Below, piece after piece: positions 36,396-46,002 of a DNA stretch of 64,000 bases; position 1 is the first letter of the stretch; the number at the start of each line of letters is the position of its first letter. The stretch lies in the sequence record MK509462, one strand, 5' to 3'. Below the pieces are notes generated by a model. It had not been told where the DNA came from, ran no database searches, and saw only the letters and a list, made by a program, of their open reading frames with translations. The translations under genes were made by a program, and so were the position numbers. Source of the stretch: Shigella phage MK-13.

Positions 36396-38732
36396 ATGAC
36401 TCAGAGCACAGATATCCTGGCCAAATTTGGCAATCTTTTGAAGGAAGCCGACACTCCGGTTGAGGTCGAAGTCCCATTTGAAGTGCGTGACAACATTACG
36501 CACAAACTGACCTTCCGCAAAGGCCGTGCCAAGAACTTCCGCTCCATCGGTAATCAGTTCATGGAGATTGATTACCAGCGCAACCCGGCTACCCTCGTCA
36601 CGTCTGACGATAACGGCGCGGGTAAATCCACGATGCTGGTGTGGCTGCTGTTCTTCGTACTGTACAACGACACGTACAGCAAGAAGGAGAAGAAGGCAGG
36701 CCTGGTAAACTCACAGAGCCGCAAGGAATGTGTGGGTGAGGTGGAGTTTGCCTGCCGTGGTAGCGAATGGAAGGTTCGCCGTGGCATTAAACCTGACTTT
36801 GTTGAAGTCTACCAGATGGTGGACGGCAAGTGGTTGCAGATCGATAACGAAGCAGCCAAAGCCGACATGAACAAGTACATCGTGAACCTCATCGGCGTGG
36901 ACCAGAAGATGTTTGAGAACTCTCTGGTGCTGGGCAAAGAGAAGTTCATTCCGTTCACGGAGATGTACACCGCCGACCGCCGCGCCATGGTGGAGACTAT
37001 CTGGGACTTGGGCTTCTTCAGCCTGATGAACGAAGATGTCAAGGCGTCCATCAAGAAAGCGAACGAAAAGCTGGACACGATCGCGAATGAATGTGCGTTG
37101 AAGGTTGTTGACCACACCAACAAGAAGACGCAGCTGCAGCAGATAGAGCAATCCAATGCCCTTATCCAACAGCAGTCGGCCGATATCCTTGTACAGCAAC
37201 AGGAAGCCCTGGTATCGCTGGACGCTGACATTGCCGCGCAGAATGAGGAGCGCACCCGTCTCACTGCCGTGGAATTCGAAGCCACTCAGGAAATGAAGAC
37301 GGTGGAAAGCCGCCTGCATGACGAATCCATGGTGGAGATCGAGGCTGTCAAGAAAGACTTTGAAGCCAAGATCCAGGCGGTGAAGGATGCCGCTCAGGAA
37401 AAGGCCGATGATTATGAGCGCATCGAAGTGTCTACTGCGGAGCATGATCTTCAGGTCTTGCGTGACCGCGCCTTTACGGTGGCCGAAAGCAAGAACACCC
37501 TGCTCACCGAGCGCAACGCCAACCTGGACACCCTGAACGCTGCTATCCAGCGCCGCCAACAGGGTGAGAACTTCCGTATCCGTTTCCAAACAGAAATGGA
37601 TGGTCATCAAGCGGCCATCAAGCGCTTCCACGATATGGGGACTTGCCCAACATGCACCCAGCTGGTGTCCGACGATACCAAAGCGCGCATTGAGAGCGAG
37701 TACAGCCCTCAGATACAGGAACTGCAGGCGAAGTTGGATCAGCTGGATAAGGTCACTGCCGATGTCACAACCCTGATTGATGGTCACAAGGCTCAGGACG
37801 ACAAGCTGGTTGCTGACATTGCTGTGTTGGATGCCGAACTGGATGCAATGCGCAAGCAGGCCGACGAAATCGTTGACAACATCAAGCAGCTGCACCGTGA
37901 CATTCAGGGCTTCCATGAAGCGGCCACGATTGAGTGTAATTCGCTGAACCGTGAATGCCAACAGAAGATCCTTGACATCCGCAAGGCGTTGAACGTTCGT
38001 TTTGAAGATATCACTGCGTCGCTGCAACAGACGCGAGAGAATGCCGTCAGCGGGATTAAAGCCGTCGATGATAAGATCGCCGAGCTGAAAGCCCGTCGTG
38101 CTCCTCTCGTGGCGTCCATTGCCGATCTGGAGCGTAAACTGGCTGTAAAGCCGACGCCTACCGCCGACCTGGAGAACTCTATCGCTGCGTTGGAAGGTGA
38201 ACTGGAGGCTCTGTATGAACTCCGTGAAGATGCAGATGAGGAACTCCAGGATCTACAGCACCTGTTATTCTTCCTGAAGGATGACCAGACCAAGGCGCGC
38301 ATCATCGCCCTGTACTTGCCATTCCTCAATAGCAAGATCAACGAGTATCTTGAAGCCCTCAACATGTTCTTGGACATCGTTGTTGACGATACCTTTGAGA
38401 TCACGATGAGCGCAGCAGGCCGCAAGGGGCAGAGCATCTTCTCCCTGTCTACTGGCCAACGCAGCCGCCTGAACCTGGCTGTGACACTGGCTCTGCGCGA
38501 CGTGGCTAACCTCAAGGCATCGGTGCAATGTAACCTGTTTGTCCTGGACGAAATCCTTGAGAACATGAGCGAGCGCGGGGTGCAGGAATCGGTTGAGATG
38601 CTGAAGCATAAGTTCGGCGGGAACAACCTGTTTGTCATCAGTCAGCGTGAGCAGGAGTTCCAAGAGTACTTCCCTCACAACATCCGCTATGGCCTGCGCA
38701 ACGGCCTGACCGAAGTTATCAAGAAGGATTGA
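36396..38732 (+). CDS. recombination ATPase subunit gp46-like (Rad50/SbcC family)
   Basis: Walker A DNGAGKST, long coiled coil with CPTC zinc hook, C-terminal signature and D-loop (LFVLDE). Confidence 0.9.
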   Translation: MTQSTDILAKFGNLLKEADTPVEVEVPFEVRDNITHKLTFRKGRAKNFRSIGNQFMEIDYQRNPATLVTSDDNGAGKSTMLVWLLFFVLYNDTYSKKEKKAGLVNSQSRKECVGEVEFACRGSEWKVRRGIKPDFVEVYQMVDGKWLQIDNEAAKADMNKYIVNLIGVDQKMFENSLVLGKEKFIPFTEMYTADRRAMVETIWDLGFFSLMNEDVKASIKKANEKLDTIANECALKVVDHTNKKTQLQQIEQSNALIQQQSADILVQQQEALVSLDADIAAQNEERTRLTAVEFEATQEMKTVESRLHDESMVEIEAVKKDFEAKIQAVKDAAQEKADDYERIEVSTAEHDLQVLRDRAFTVAESKNTLLTERNANLDTLNAAIQRRQQGENFRIRFQTEMDGHQAAIKRFHDMGTCPTCTQLVSDDTKARIESEYSPQIQELQAKLDQLDKVTADVTTLIDGHKAQDDKLVADIAVLDAELDAMRKQADEIVDNIKQLHRDIQGFHEAATIECNSLNRECQQKILDIRKALNVRFEDITASLQQTRENAVSGIKAVDDKIAELKARRAPLVASIADLERKLAVKPTPTADLENSIAALEGELEALYELREDADEELQDLQHLLFFLKDDQTKARIIALYLPFLNSKINEYLEALNMFLDIVVDDTFEITMSAAGRKGQSIFSLSTGQRSRLNLAVTLALRDVANLKASVQCNLFVLDEILENMSERGVQESVEMLKHKFGGNNLFVISQREQEFQEYFPHNIRYGLRNGLTEVIKKD

Positions 38733-38734
38733 TC

Positions 38735-39043
38735 ATGGGTAGTCTGATCCGTGTTTCAAAGAAATCCAAGGGCGCTGAAAAGCGCCTGTACAAAGCCGTC
38801 CGGTTGATGATTCTCTACAAATACATTGCTGAGAATCAGTGCTGGCGCAAGAAGACACGTGTCCGTTATGAGGTCGCGCAGTATAATATGAAACAACGTG
38901 TGATCCGTCTGGCGTTGAAGATCGCGGGGAATTACAGTTATTGGACATGTGATGCCGTGGGCAGCCGCAAGGCCATTGACCTCATACATGGCCGGAATCT
39001 GTCCTTCTTGATCAGTCTGTCTAACCATGAGGATATGTCATGA
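38735..39043 (+). CDS. hypothetical protein (102 aa)
   Basis: ORF with GAAGGA RBS directly after gp46. Confidence 0.4.
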   Translation: MGSLIRVSKKSKGAEKRLYKAVRLMILYKYIAENQCWRKKTRVRYEVAQYNMKQRVIRLALKIAGNYSYWTCDAVGSRKAIDLIHGRNLSFLISLSNHEDMS

Positions 39044-39201
39044 CTAATGTTCTGATTGCCACCGTTTTTCTAATTGCTTCTATAACCACGTTCATCTTAG
39101 GTTACAGGCGTGTATTTCAGGCCGATATTATCACTGGCCTGATGTATATCGCGCTGGGTTCATTTCTGGCGTTCGGCTTCTCTGGGTTTACGTTAGAATG
39201 A
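39040..39201 (+). CDS. hypothetical small membrane protein (53 aa)
   Basis: Sub-threshold ORF with ATGA overlaps at both ends; two hydrophobic segments. Confidence 0.35.
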   Translation: MTNVLIATVFLIASITTFILGYRRVFQADIITGLMYIALGSFLAFGFSGFTLE

Positions 39202-39527
39202 AAGTCGTCCACTTCAAGAAGGAGCCATACGACATCTACATTGGTCGTCCGGGCAAATGGGGGAACCCGTTCGAGGTCAGAGACCACGGGCGGGGCAACT
39301 GCGTAGAGTTGTTTGAGGACGACCTGTATGCGCGCCTGATTGAAGGAAATATCACCGAGGATGAACTCCTTGAGCTTGATGGGAAGATCCTGGGGTGCTG
39401 GTGTAAGCCGCGCCCCTGCCATGGAGATGTTTACGTCAAAGTCATCGGGCGTATTAAACTATTCCGCAAGCTGGGTAAATCCTTTACTGAACACCTGAGA
39501 CAAACATATGTCAGAAAACAAAGATGA
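39198..39527 (+). CDS. DUF4326-like protein
   Basis: YDIYIGRPGKWGNPF ... LGCWCKPRPCHGDV matches the DUF4326 signature as recalled. Confidence 0.55.
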   Translation: MKVVHFKKEPYDIYIGRPGKWGNPFEVRDHGRGNCVELFEDDLYARLIEGNITEDELLELDGKILGCWCKPRPCHGDVYVKVIGRIKLFRKLGKSFTEHLRQTYVRKQR

Positions 39528-39792
39528 AATTCAGGAATCCTGTGACATTGCTGTGGAGATATGGAACCGCCGGAACCCGCATTACCAGGTGACAGTCACG
39601 CCAAATCGCTACCTTGAGCAGGGCGGTTTGATTGTTGTTGATGCTGTGCTTGCGTTCAACAAGTACACCGACATGCAGATCTTGGACGGCAACTTCACCG
39701 TCGCGACCAAGACGGCTTGGGATGACCCGATGGAGTTCGTCTACGGCTGGCTAGAGTGTATCGAGGAATCCTACCACCTCATCTACGAATAA
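39508..39792 (+). CDS. hypothetical protein (94 aa)
   Basis: ORF overlapping upstream gene end. Confidence 0.4.
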   Translation: MSENKDEIQESCDIAVEIWNRRNPHYQVTVTPNRYLEQGGLIVVDAVLAFNKYTDMQILDGNFTVATKTAWDDPMEFVYGWLECIEESYHLIYE

Positions 39793-39891
39793 GGGTGAAG
39801 GGCACTAAATACCACGTGCCCTTTATCTTTTAACCCCTGTCAGGAGGCTCAAGCGAGCTGCAAGTCGACAATCCACATAAGGAACGCCATC

Positions 39892-40506
39892 ATGACGATG
39901 ACAACGTTGAAGGCCATGGCCTTGTCCGTGACCTTTACCATTGCCAGCGGGAATGTGCACGCTTCCCAAAATACAAGTCAATGTGTTTATGATTTCTCTG
40001 AGCAACAACTTAATACGCTGGCAACTGCCTATCACATAGGCAAGACACAAGATCTTGGTTACACCCTGGCTGCCATATCTTGGCGAGAGAGCCGTGCTGG
40101 TGAAGATGTAGTGTCAATGCGCTACGGTCTCAAGGCGGCCAACATGGGAGCCTTTCAGAACAAGGTGAAGACAGTTGGCGATCGCGAAGGTTGTAAGAAT
40201 CGCAAGTGCTATGCCAATGTCGCCATCAAGTTGTTGACCGACCAAGAATATGCCGCGCAAGCCGCCCTCGATGAGATGCAGTTCTGGCTGACCTATCACA
40301 AGCAGAATGTACGCAAATCCCTCTCCTCTTACAATGCTGGCTTCGCCCGTAATCCCGCATCGAACGCTTATGCCGCTGACGTCGTGAAGAAAGCTAAATA
40401 TCTTCAGAAATGTGTGTCCTTCAAAGGCCGGACCATCTCCGAGGTAGATCCTCGGGTGATCGCCATGAACAAGCGCACGATAGAGAAACTGAAGAGGACA
40501 AGATAA
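39892..40506 (+). CDS. putative secreted protein (signal peptide, 204 aa)
   Basis: N-terminal signal peptide ...ASGNVHA; AAGGAA RBS. Confidence 0.5.
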   Translation: MTMTTLKAMALSVTFTIASGNVHASQNTSQCVYDFSEQQLNTLATAYHIGKTQDLGYTLAAISWRESRAGEDVVSMRYGLKAANMGAFQNKVKTVGDREGCKNRKCYANVAIKLLTDQEYAAQAALDEMQFWLTYHKQNVRKSLSSYNAGFARNPASNAYAADVVKKAKYLQKCVSFKGRTISEVDPRVIAMNKRTIEKLKRTR

Positions 40507-41144
40507 TGAACATCACTCCATCTCAGACCGGATATGAACATATCTTGGTCTTCATCGCTCTACAGGGCGCGAAGGAAGGCATCATCGTATCCGAGTACTC
40601 GGGGACTGTGCGCCTTGCCGATTACGTCGCACCCGAGGCATTCATTAAGAAGTGCATTGATGCATGGTGCCTCTATGCCCTCGGCACGTATCCTGCTCCT
40701 CCTGAGGGCGAGCTGTTGTTTACTGTACCGACTCCGGCTGCTGGCGATACGGACGCGATCTTTGCCGATATGCTGGCCAAGGGGTATCTGGTGTATGACA
40801 TCACTCACGATGTCTACTCCTTCACCTCGCTGAACACCGTGTTTGGATTCACCATCACATCTGAAGCCAACATCCCTGACTGGGGCATCTTGGCGTGGGG
40901 TGTTGACGGTCTGGGTGCAACCTACGCATCGTCTGACGTCGGTGCGGTTCTGATTGATGAGGGTGTCACCATGGAGCAGTACCTTGCCCAGTTCCCTCAG
41001 CACAATATCACAGGCAGCGACATCATTTTAGTTCAGCCTGGTGCTATCGCTCTCCCCCGTTTGGTGGATGGATGGAAGCCTCAGCTGAAGGATATCATCG
41101 CCGGGATCAGATTCCATATTCCTGTGGTGAACCCAACGCCGTAA
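40506..41144 (+). CDS. hypothetical protein (212 aa)
   Basis: ATGA-overlapped start; opposite-strand ORF rejected. Confidence 0.5.
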   Translation: MNITPSQTGYEHILVFIALQGAKEGIIVSEYSGTVRLADYVAPEAFIKKCIDAWCLYALGTYPAPPEGELLFTVPTPAAGDTDAIFADMLAKGYLVYDITHDVYSFTSLNTVFGFTITSEANIPDWGILAWGVDGLGATYASSDVGAVLIDEGVTMEQYLAQFPQHNITGSDIILVQPGAIALPRLVDGWKPQLKDIIAGIRFHIPVVNPTP

Positions 41145-41156
41145 AAATAATTCAAT

Positions 41157-41177
41157 AAAAGGGGCTTTCGCCCCTTT
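41157..41177 (+). terminator. terminator hairpin of promoter cassette
   Basis: aaaaggggctttcgccccttt. Confidence 0.6.
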
Positions 41178-41203
41178 ACTTCTTCAATATCCTTCCCTAT
41201 ACT
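41175..41203 (+). promoter_or_regulatory. T4-type early promoter (-35 TTTACT, 17 nt, -10 TATACT)
   Basis: Same cassette as 4196..4224; downstream leader is near-identical. Confidence 0.5.
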
Positions 41204-41251
41204 TCATTCCATAAGCAGTACGACACCAACTTGAAACGAAGGAACTATATC

Positions 41252-41623
41252 ATGAACGCGATCAAAACAGATTTCACCAAACCAGAAATGTCTATCCTTG
41301 AATCCCTTGGCTTCGGCGTTGTAACCCTCGAAGGTCAGATTGTTGACCGTGGTTTGGTAGACAACGTTGAAATGGGTATCACGACAAACGGTGATCGCGA
41401 CGCTACGATGAAAGCGGTCCACGCAAAATTCCTGGCTGAAGGTTGGAATTTCAAAAATTCCCCAGTGAATGGTTTGCCAGTTGACCACATGCACCACACG
41501 ATCTTCCTGAAAGATGGGTTCCAGATTGGATTCTACTCCATGGACGCCATCGTCAAATCCGGTAAAGAACTGATCGAGTCTAAAGATCACTACCTTTCCG
41601 TAAGTAAATCCACCTGGGCATGA
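41252..41623 (+). CDS. hypothetical protein (123 aa)
   Basis: Conserved aaggaactatatcATG context. Confidence 0.45.
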   Translation: MNAIKTDFTKPEMSILESLGFGVVTLEGQIVDRGLVDNVEMGITTNGDRDATMKAVHAKFLAEGWNFKNSPVNGLPVDHMHHTIFLKDGFQIGFYSMDAIVKSGKELIESKDHYLSVSKSTWA

Positions 41624-41700
41624 TCTGACAAGAGAGCTTCGGCTCTCTTTTGGTTTCGCTAATTAGAAGAAACCGCCATAATTCCATCAGGAGATACAAA

Positions 41701-43746
41701 ATGTCAAAGCCAAATTTCCTTCAGTTCATGCAGGAAAAGGATCAGTTGGACGAAGCGTTCAACTCCGCTCCGTATGAGCTGACCATGGGCAAGAAGAACG
41801 CAGGCGATGTGTTCTTCACCTTCATCGACGAAGATGAAAAGGAATACCGCATTCAGTTCTATACCCCTCAGGGGCTGGGCAAGAACGTTCGTCAGGTATT
41901 CATCGGCCAGAAGCGCGGCTCTGTCTATCCTGATGCCATCGCTCGCTTCAAGAACCCAATGCGCGTTATTGCTTCCATGATCGAAGCGACCAAGCAGTTC
42001 CTGGCGACCCCTCTTGGCAAGACTATCGATGGCTATGCTGTCAACTTCTCTAAGAAAGCGCTGGAACGCGGGATGACACTGATTCCTAAGATCATCCGCC
42101 AGTCCGGCCTGAAGCAGAAACTCAATGTCATGGACCTGACCTACGCGCCTGTCCCTGACCGTGGTTATGTGTGGCTGGTTCGTAAGGGTAAAGATCCGGC
42201 TCAGGTATTCGACGGTCCGAAGATGCAGGGCATCACTTGGGATGATCCAGACAAGGTTGGTGACGTTCCGGTTCAGAACAACACCCCTGATGTGGGGACT
42301 TCGTCAAACAACCCCGACTGGAACATTTCCGTCATGGCGAAATCCAACGGTATCTTCAGTTCTGTTGTGAAGGTAGTCGGTGCCAACGACGTGACTCTGA
42401 GTTCCAACGATCTGGCCATCATGGTCAAAGACGGCGCAATGGCGAAGATTGCTCGCACCCAAACCATCGCTCAGGTGACTGTGTTCAACAAAGAGTATGT
42501 TGGTCGTGGTGAAGTAGATCGCAAACTCATGGCGGCTTCTGACCGTCAGGGCATGGGTTGGGAACTGAAGTCTGGTGGTAAGATTGTGGCTTATGTTGAA
42601 TTTGGCGTTGGGGCTATACAGTCCAATCCCGACTATGAAGATAAAGGACAATGGAAATACGACAACCGCAATCAGCGCGGTAAACAACCTCAGATGGTGT
42701 ATTCTATCACAAAAGGTCGAAACACTTATTCGGCCATGCTATCTGCTCATTCTTCTGAACCAGGCACGTATGTACTTCATGGCAGCGATGGCAAATCATT
42801 TCGTGGGCCATCTGCCGATCTGATTATTGGGCAAGCTCGTTTGCCGTCTCCCCCTATTGATATGTACAACCAGTTCACACGCGATTCCAAAGAATTCTGG
42901 GCACAGATCGACATCACCGAAGGCGTGAAAGTTCCCAGCAATGGTGAGGTCATCACCAAAACCAAATCCACCTTCACCATACGTTGGAACATGGGATTTC
43001 CTCCATCAGGGCCATACGCTGGGGCAGTGCTAGAAACAACGGTACTGCGGGTGCGTGAAAATGACTACGTGATAAGCAACATTGCGTCCACTAAAAACAA
43101 AACTCTGAATGATTTGAAGTCATATGACTACAGAGGAGATATTAACTCTTTGTTGAAAGAAGAGGGCGAGCGTTATTCTTTGGCCAACTCCCAATTGTCT
43201 ACACTGACTTCTATTTCCTATAACCCAAATAAACTGGGATATGACCTTGTTTCTGTAGGGAGTTACGGGGAAGTCAGGTTCAATGGTCAAGACATCGGCC
43301 TCCCTAGTAATCGGCAGGTTGTGATCAACGCCGTAATGAAGATGAACAATGAATACGAGAAGACTGGCGGTGGTAAGAAGACTGGTGTTGACCTGGCAAC
43401 ATACGCAGGCTCCATCCGCGACAACGCTCCAAAAGGCCGCGACCTGGATTGGCAGATCTATGCAAGCCGCGATGGCCAGACCCTGAACGTGGACTGGGAT
43501 ATCACCTTCCGCCGCAACACAACTGAAGGTGCATATCGCGAGTTCAAAGCTCAGATTGACCGCGCCAACCAGTACCTGCAGACTCTGTACCAGGATGCGA
43601 AGTCCAAGGGTTACAACCCGACTGAACCAAACCTGATGACTCTGGCTCGCGCCCAGCAGTCTGACCAGTGGGCGAAAGACGACGGGGAGAGCGCATACAG
43701 TGAGTATGAGCAGTCCCTGGGCGGCAACATGCAGATTAAAATCTGA
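41701..43746 (+). CDS. large hypothetical protein (681 aa) with capsid-targeting-like N-terminus
   Basis: N-terminus MSKPNFLQFMQE resembles T4 capsid targeting sequence MKTYQEFIAE; located just upstream of internal-head-protein genes. Confidence 0.55.
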   Translation: MSKPNFLQFMQEKDQLDEAFNSAPYELTMGKKNAGDVFFTFIDEDEKEYRIQFYTPQGLGKNVRQVFIGQKRGSVYPDAIARFKNPMRVIASMIEATKQFLATPLGKTIDGYAVNFSKKALERGMTLIPKIIRQSGLKQKLNVMDLTYAPVPDRGYVWLVRKGKDPAQVFDGPKMQGITWDDPDKVGDVPVQNNTPDVGTSSNNPDWNISVMAKSNGIFSSVVKVVGANDVTLSSNDLAIMVKDGAMAKIARTQTIAQVTVFNKEYVGRGEVDRKLMAASDRQGMGWELKSGGKIVAYVEFGVGAIQSNPDYEDKGQWKYDNRNQRGKQPQMVYSITKGRNTYSAMLSAHSSEPGTYVLHGSDGKSFRGPSADLIIGQARLPSPPIDMYNQFTRDSKEFWAQIDITEGVKVPSNGEVITKTKSTFTIRWNMGFPPSGPYAGAVLETTVLRVRENDYVISNIASTKNKTLNDLKSYDYRGDINSLLKEEGERYSLANSQLSTLTSISYNPNKLGYDLVSVGSYGEVRFNGQDIGLPSNRQVVINAVMKMNNEYEKTGGGKKTGVDLATYAGSIRDNAPKGRDLDWQIYASRDGQTLNVDWDITFRRNTTEGAYREFKAQIDRANQYLQTLYQDAKSKGYNPTEPNLMTLARAQQSDQWAKDDGESAYSEYEQSLGGNMQIKI

Positions 43747-43770
43747 TCATCTAAAGCCCCTTCGGGGGCT

Positions 43771-43778
43771 TATAAATA
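43771..43778 (+). promoter_or_regulatory. T4-type late promoter motif TATAAATA
   Basis: Exact TATAAATA 26 nt upstream of internal head protein gene start, after a terminator hairpin. Confidence 0.55.
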
Positions 43779-43803
43779 ACTGAAATCCCCGAGGAGATTC
43801 AAG

Positions 43804-44373
43804 ATGAAACCGTTCCTTCAATACTTTAAAGAACAAGCTGCTCAGCCTCAGACCCATGCTGGTGTCCAGGGCAAAAGCGTATCCATCACCAAGCAAGCTG
43901 ACGGCACTCAGTGGTGCTCCGGTGCTACCGTGACCCAGATCACTCCTGACAATCAGGCGGATGTCTACAACCTGGAGTTAACCAACGGCAACACCATCAA
44001 GGTGAAGCTGACCCCAGACCAGACTCACGGTATCTCCCAAGGTCAGGAAGTCGTTGCTGTCCATGACGGCTTCGAATTCTTCTTTGGCAAGTCTGCCGAC
44101 AAAGGCCAGGTGACCGAAGCCTACGCTCAGGAACTGGCGAACATGGACAAGATGATCGGTAAAGCACTGGGTGTTGGCAAGTCTCGCAAGAGTGGTCGCA
44201 CTGAGTTCGAATACTCTGGCATCCCTGGCATCGGCAAGGCGATCACCGTGAACTTCGGTGGTGAAGATGACCCGTATGTGATCGTCACCTGCAACGGCAA
44301 GGAGCAGGATATCAGCAAGGGTAAAAACCTGGCTGCTGACATTGCCAAGTTCCTCGGCGTTAAGCCTGTGTAG
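43804..44373 (+). CDS. internal head protein-like (capsid targeting sequence)
   Basis: N-terminus MKPFLQYFKE fits CTS and prohead-protease L/I-x-E cleavage pattern; late promoter upstream. Confidence 0.6.
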   Translation: MKPFLQYFKEQAAQPQTHAGVQGKSVSITKQADGTQWCSGATVTQITPDNQADVYNLELTNGNTIKVKLTPDQTHGISQGQEVVAVHDGFEFFFGKSADKGQVTEAYAQELANMDKMIGKALGVGKSRKSGRTEFEYSGIPGIGKAITVNFGGEDDPYVIVTCNGKEQDISKGKNLAADIAKFLGVKPV

Positions 44374-44381
44374 GGGGATGT

Positions 44382-44864
44382 ATGAAAGGGTTCCAGGACT
44401 TCCTAACGGAGGTCAAGCAAGTTGGTTGGCGTTTAGTCAAGACTGAATGGACTTGTTCCCTTGTGTACGACAGCAAAGGTCCGAGCTATTCAATCTATCA
44501 AGGCAAGACTCCTGGTACGTTCTACGGGCACAAGTCCCCTAGTGGTTCGACCATCAAAGGTGAGCCACAGGAATTGGCCGAGAAGCTGAAGCTGCCCCCT
44601 ATCCCAGACGATCTACTCAAAGCATTCCTGGAGGGGGTTAAGAATCTAAAGACCGAAGGCGTGGATCACCGGGCGCTGGGGAAGCGCGGCCAGTATGACA
44701 TCACCGATGTTGGCCGCCCAACCAAAGGCGAACTGATCGACTACTACAACCGCAACGGCGACAAGCGACAAGGGAAAGTGAAGTCTGTGAACGCACAAGA
44801 CGTCATGACCCTGACAGACACCGACACGGGTGAAACCGTCAAGATGACTCTGGTCAAGCCATAA
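44382..44864 (+). CDS. internal head protein-like (capsid targeting sequence)
   Basis: N-terminus MKGFQDFLTEV, near-identical pattern to T4 IP N-terminus MKTYQEFIAEA. Confidence 0.6.
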   Translation: MKGFQDFLTEVKQVGWRLVKTEWTCSLVYDSKGPSYSIYQGKTPGTFYGHKSPSGSTIKGEPQELAEKLKLPPIPDDLLKAFLEGVKNLKTEGVDHRALGKRGQYDITDVGRPTKGELIDYYNRNGDKRQGKVKSVNAQDVMTLTDTDTGETVKMTLVKP

Positions 44865-44867
44865 AAG

Positions 44868-44889
44868 AAACCCCGCTTTTGCGGGGTTT
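44868..44889. terminator. bidirectional terminator between convergent genes
   Basis: aaaccccgcttttgcggggttt flanked by A-run and T-run. Confidence 0.7.
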
Positions 44890-44891
44890 TG

Positions 44892-45497
44892 TTATTTCAC
44901 ATACATACTGACTTGTACTTTCTTACCTTTTTCGTTTTTGACGTCCATCAGTTTGGATGCACCATTCAGTTTCATGACGGTTCCGCGTTCTTTGCCGCCA
45001 TTCGGTAACTCGTATTCAATATCTTCCCCAGGAGATGGCATACCCGCATGAGGTCCCATAACCATGGCGATCTTATAACGAGCCAAGCCGGGGCGACCGC
45101 CTTTATACGCATACCAACCACCTTCGGTCATTTCTTTCCATTGCTTGTTACCGTCAATGGAGATAAAGGAATTGCCCATACCTGATTTGACATCCAACAA
45201 GTCAATATATTTGCCTGATTTGTTGTACTTGACAGCGGTGTCAGTATCAACCTTGTCAATCATCTGGGCACTGGCAAACTGCCCATCTTTCAATCCAGAT
45301 GCTGAGATGATGTCTTTAGCACCCGTCAGGATTATCTTGCGACCGTCAGGGGTTTCAAAGGTGGCTTTGTCGCCACTAACACTAACTCGCAAGAAAGTGC
45401 CGATATTGTCTTCGGTGGATTTGCCGATCTTGTCTGCCTTGATATGAACAGACATCGGCGGCACGGCTTCGGTCAGAAAGTCTTGAAAAGTTTTCAT
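44892..45497 (-). CDS. internal head protein-like (capsid targeting sequence)
   Basis: N-terminus MKTFQDFLTEA closely matches T4 IP CTS MKTYQEFIAEA. Confidence 0.6.
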   Translation of the reverse strand: MKTFQDFLTEAVPPMSVHIKADKIGKSTEDNIGTFLRVSVSGDKATFETPDGRKIILTGAKDIISASGLKDGQFASAQMIDKVDTDTAVKYNKSGKYIDLLDVKSGMGNSFISIDGNKQWKEMTEGGWYAYKGGRPGLARYKIAMVMGPHAGMPSPGEDIEYELPNGGKERGTVMKLNGASKLMDVKNEKGKKVQVSMYVK

Positions 45498-45586
45498 TTT
45501 CGTTCTCCAGTTATATTATTCTATATAGTACCTCATGGACCCATTAACACTAAATACTAGATGGTTCACAATACAGGAAACAAATC

Positions 45587-45940
45587 ATGGTTAACGCGAG
45601 TATTTTCATCAACCGTGGACTGCTTGCTATAGCCCACTCTCATGCCCTGCACTTCGTTACAACGTCCTACGCCAAGCACAAGGCGCTCGGGGAGTTCTAC
45701 GGGGAACTGGAGGACTTGCTGGACACGTTTACCGAAGCATACATCGGTGCGGGTGGCCAGTACGTTCCGTCGTTTGAGAACATCAAGCTCTATAACCCAG
45801 ACCCTATCTCCTATGTCAACAGCGTGGTGATAGACGTCGATGGCATCTACAGGCAGTGCGACTCCCACCTTCAGAACACGCTTGATGAAATCAAGACGCT
45901 GTGCTATCAGACGATCTACAAACTGAAGCAGCTGTCGTAA
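45587..45940 (+). CDS. hypothetical protein (117 aa)
   Basis: ORF with AGGAAA RBS. Confidence 0.45.
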   Translation: MVNASIFINRGLLAIAHSHALHFVTTSYAKHKALGEFYGELEDLLDTFTEAYIGAGGQYVPSFENIKLYNPDPISYVNSVVIDVDGIYRQCDSHLQNTLDEIKTLCYQTIYKLKQLS

Positions 45941-46002
45941 GTCAATACGAAATAAAGGCATATAATTTTGCTCATTATTCACCGAAAGGAAAGGAAAGGA
46001 CA

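Noticed and set aside
36711-38027. 438-aa minus-strand ORF and nested 158-aa and 244-aa ORFs
   Set aside because: All are antisense to the gp46 Rad50-like gene, whose + strand frame has Walker A, zinc hook and signature motifs; a long coiled-coil gene commonly yields long antisense ORFs.
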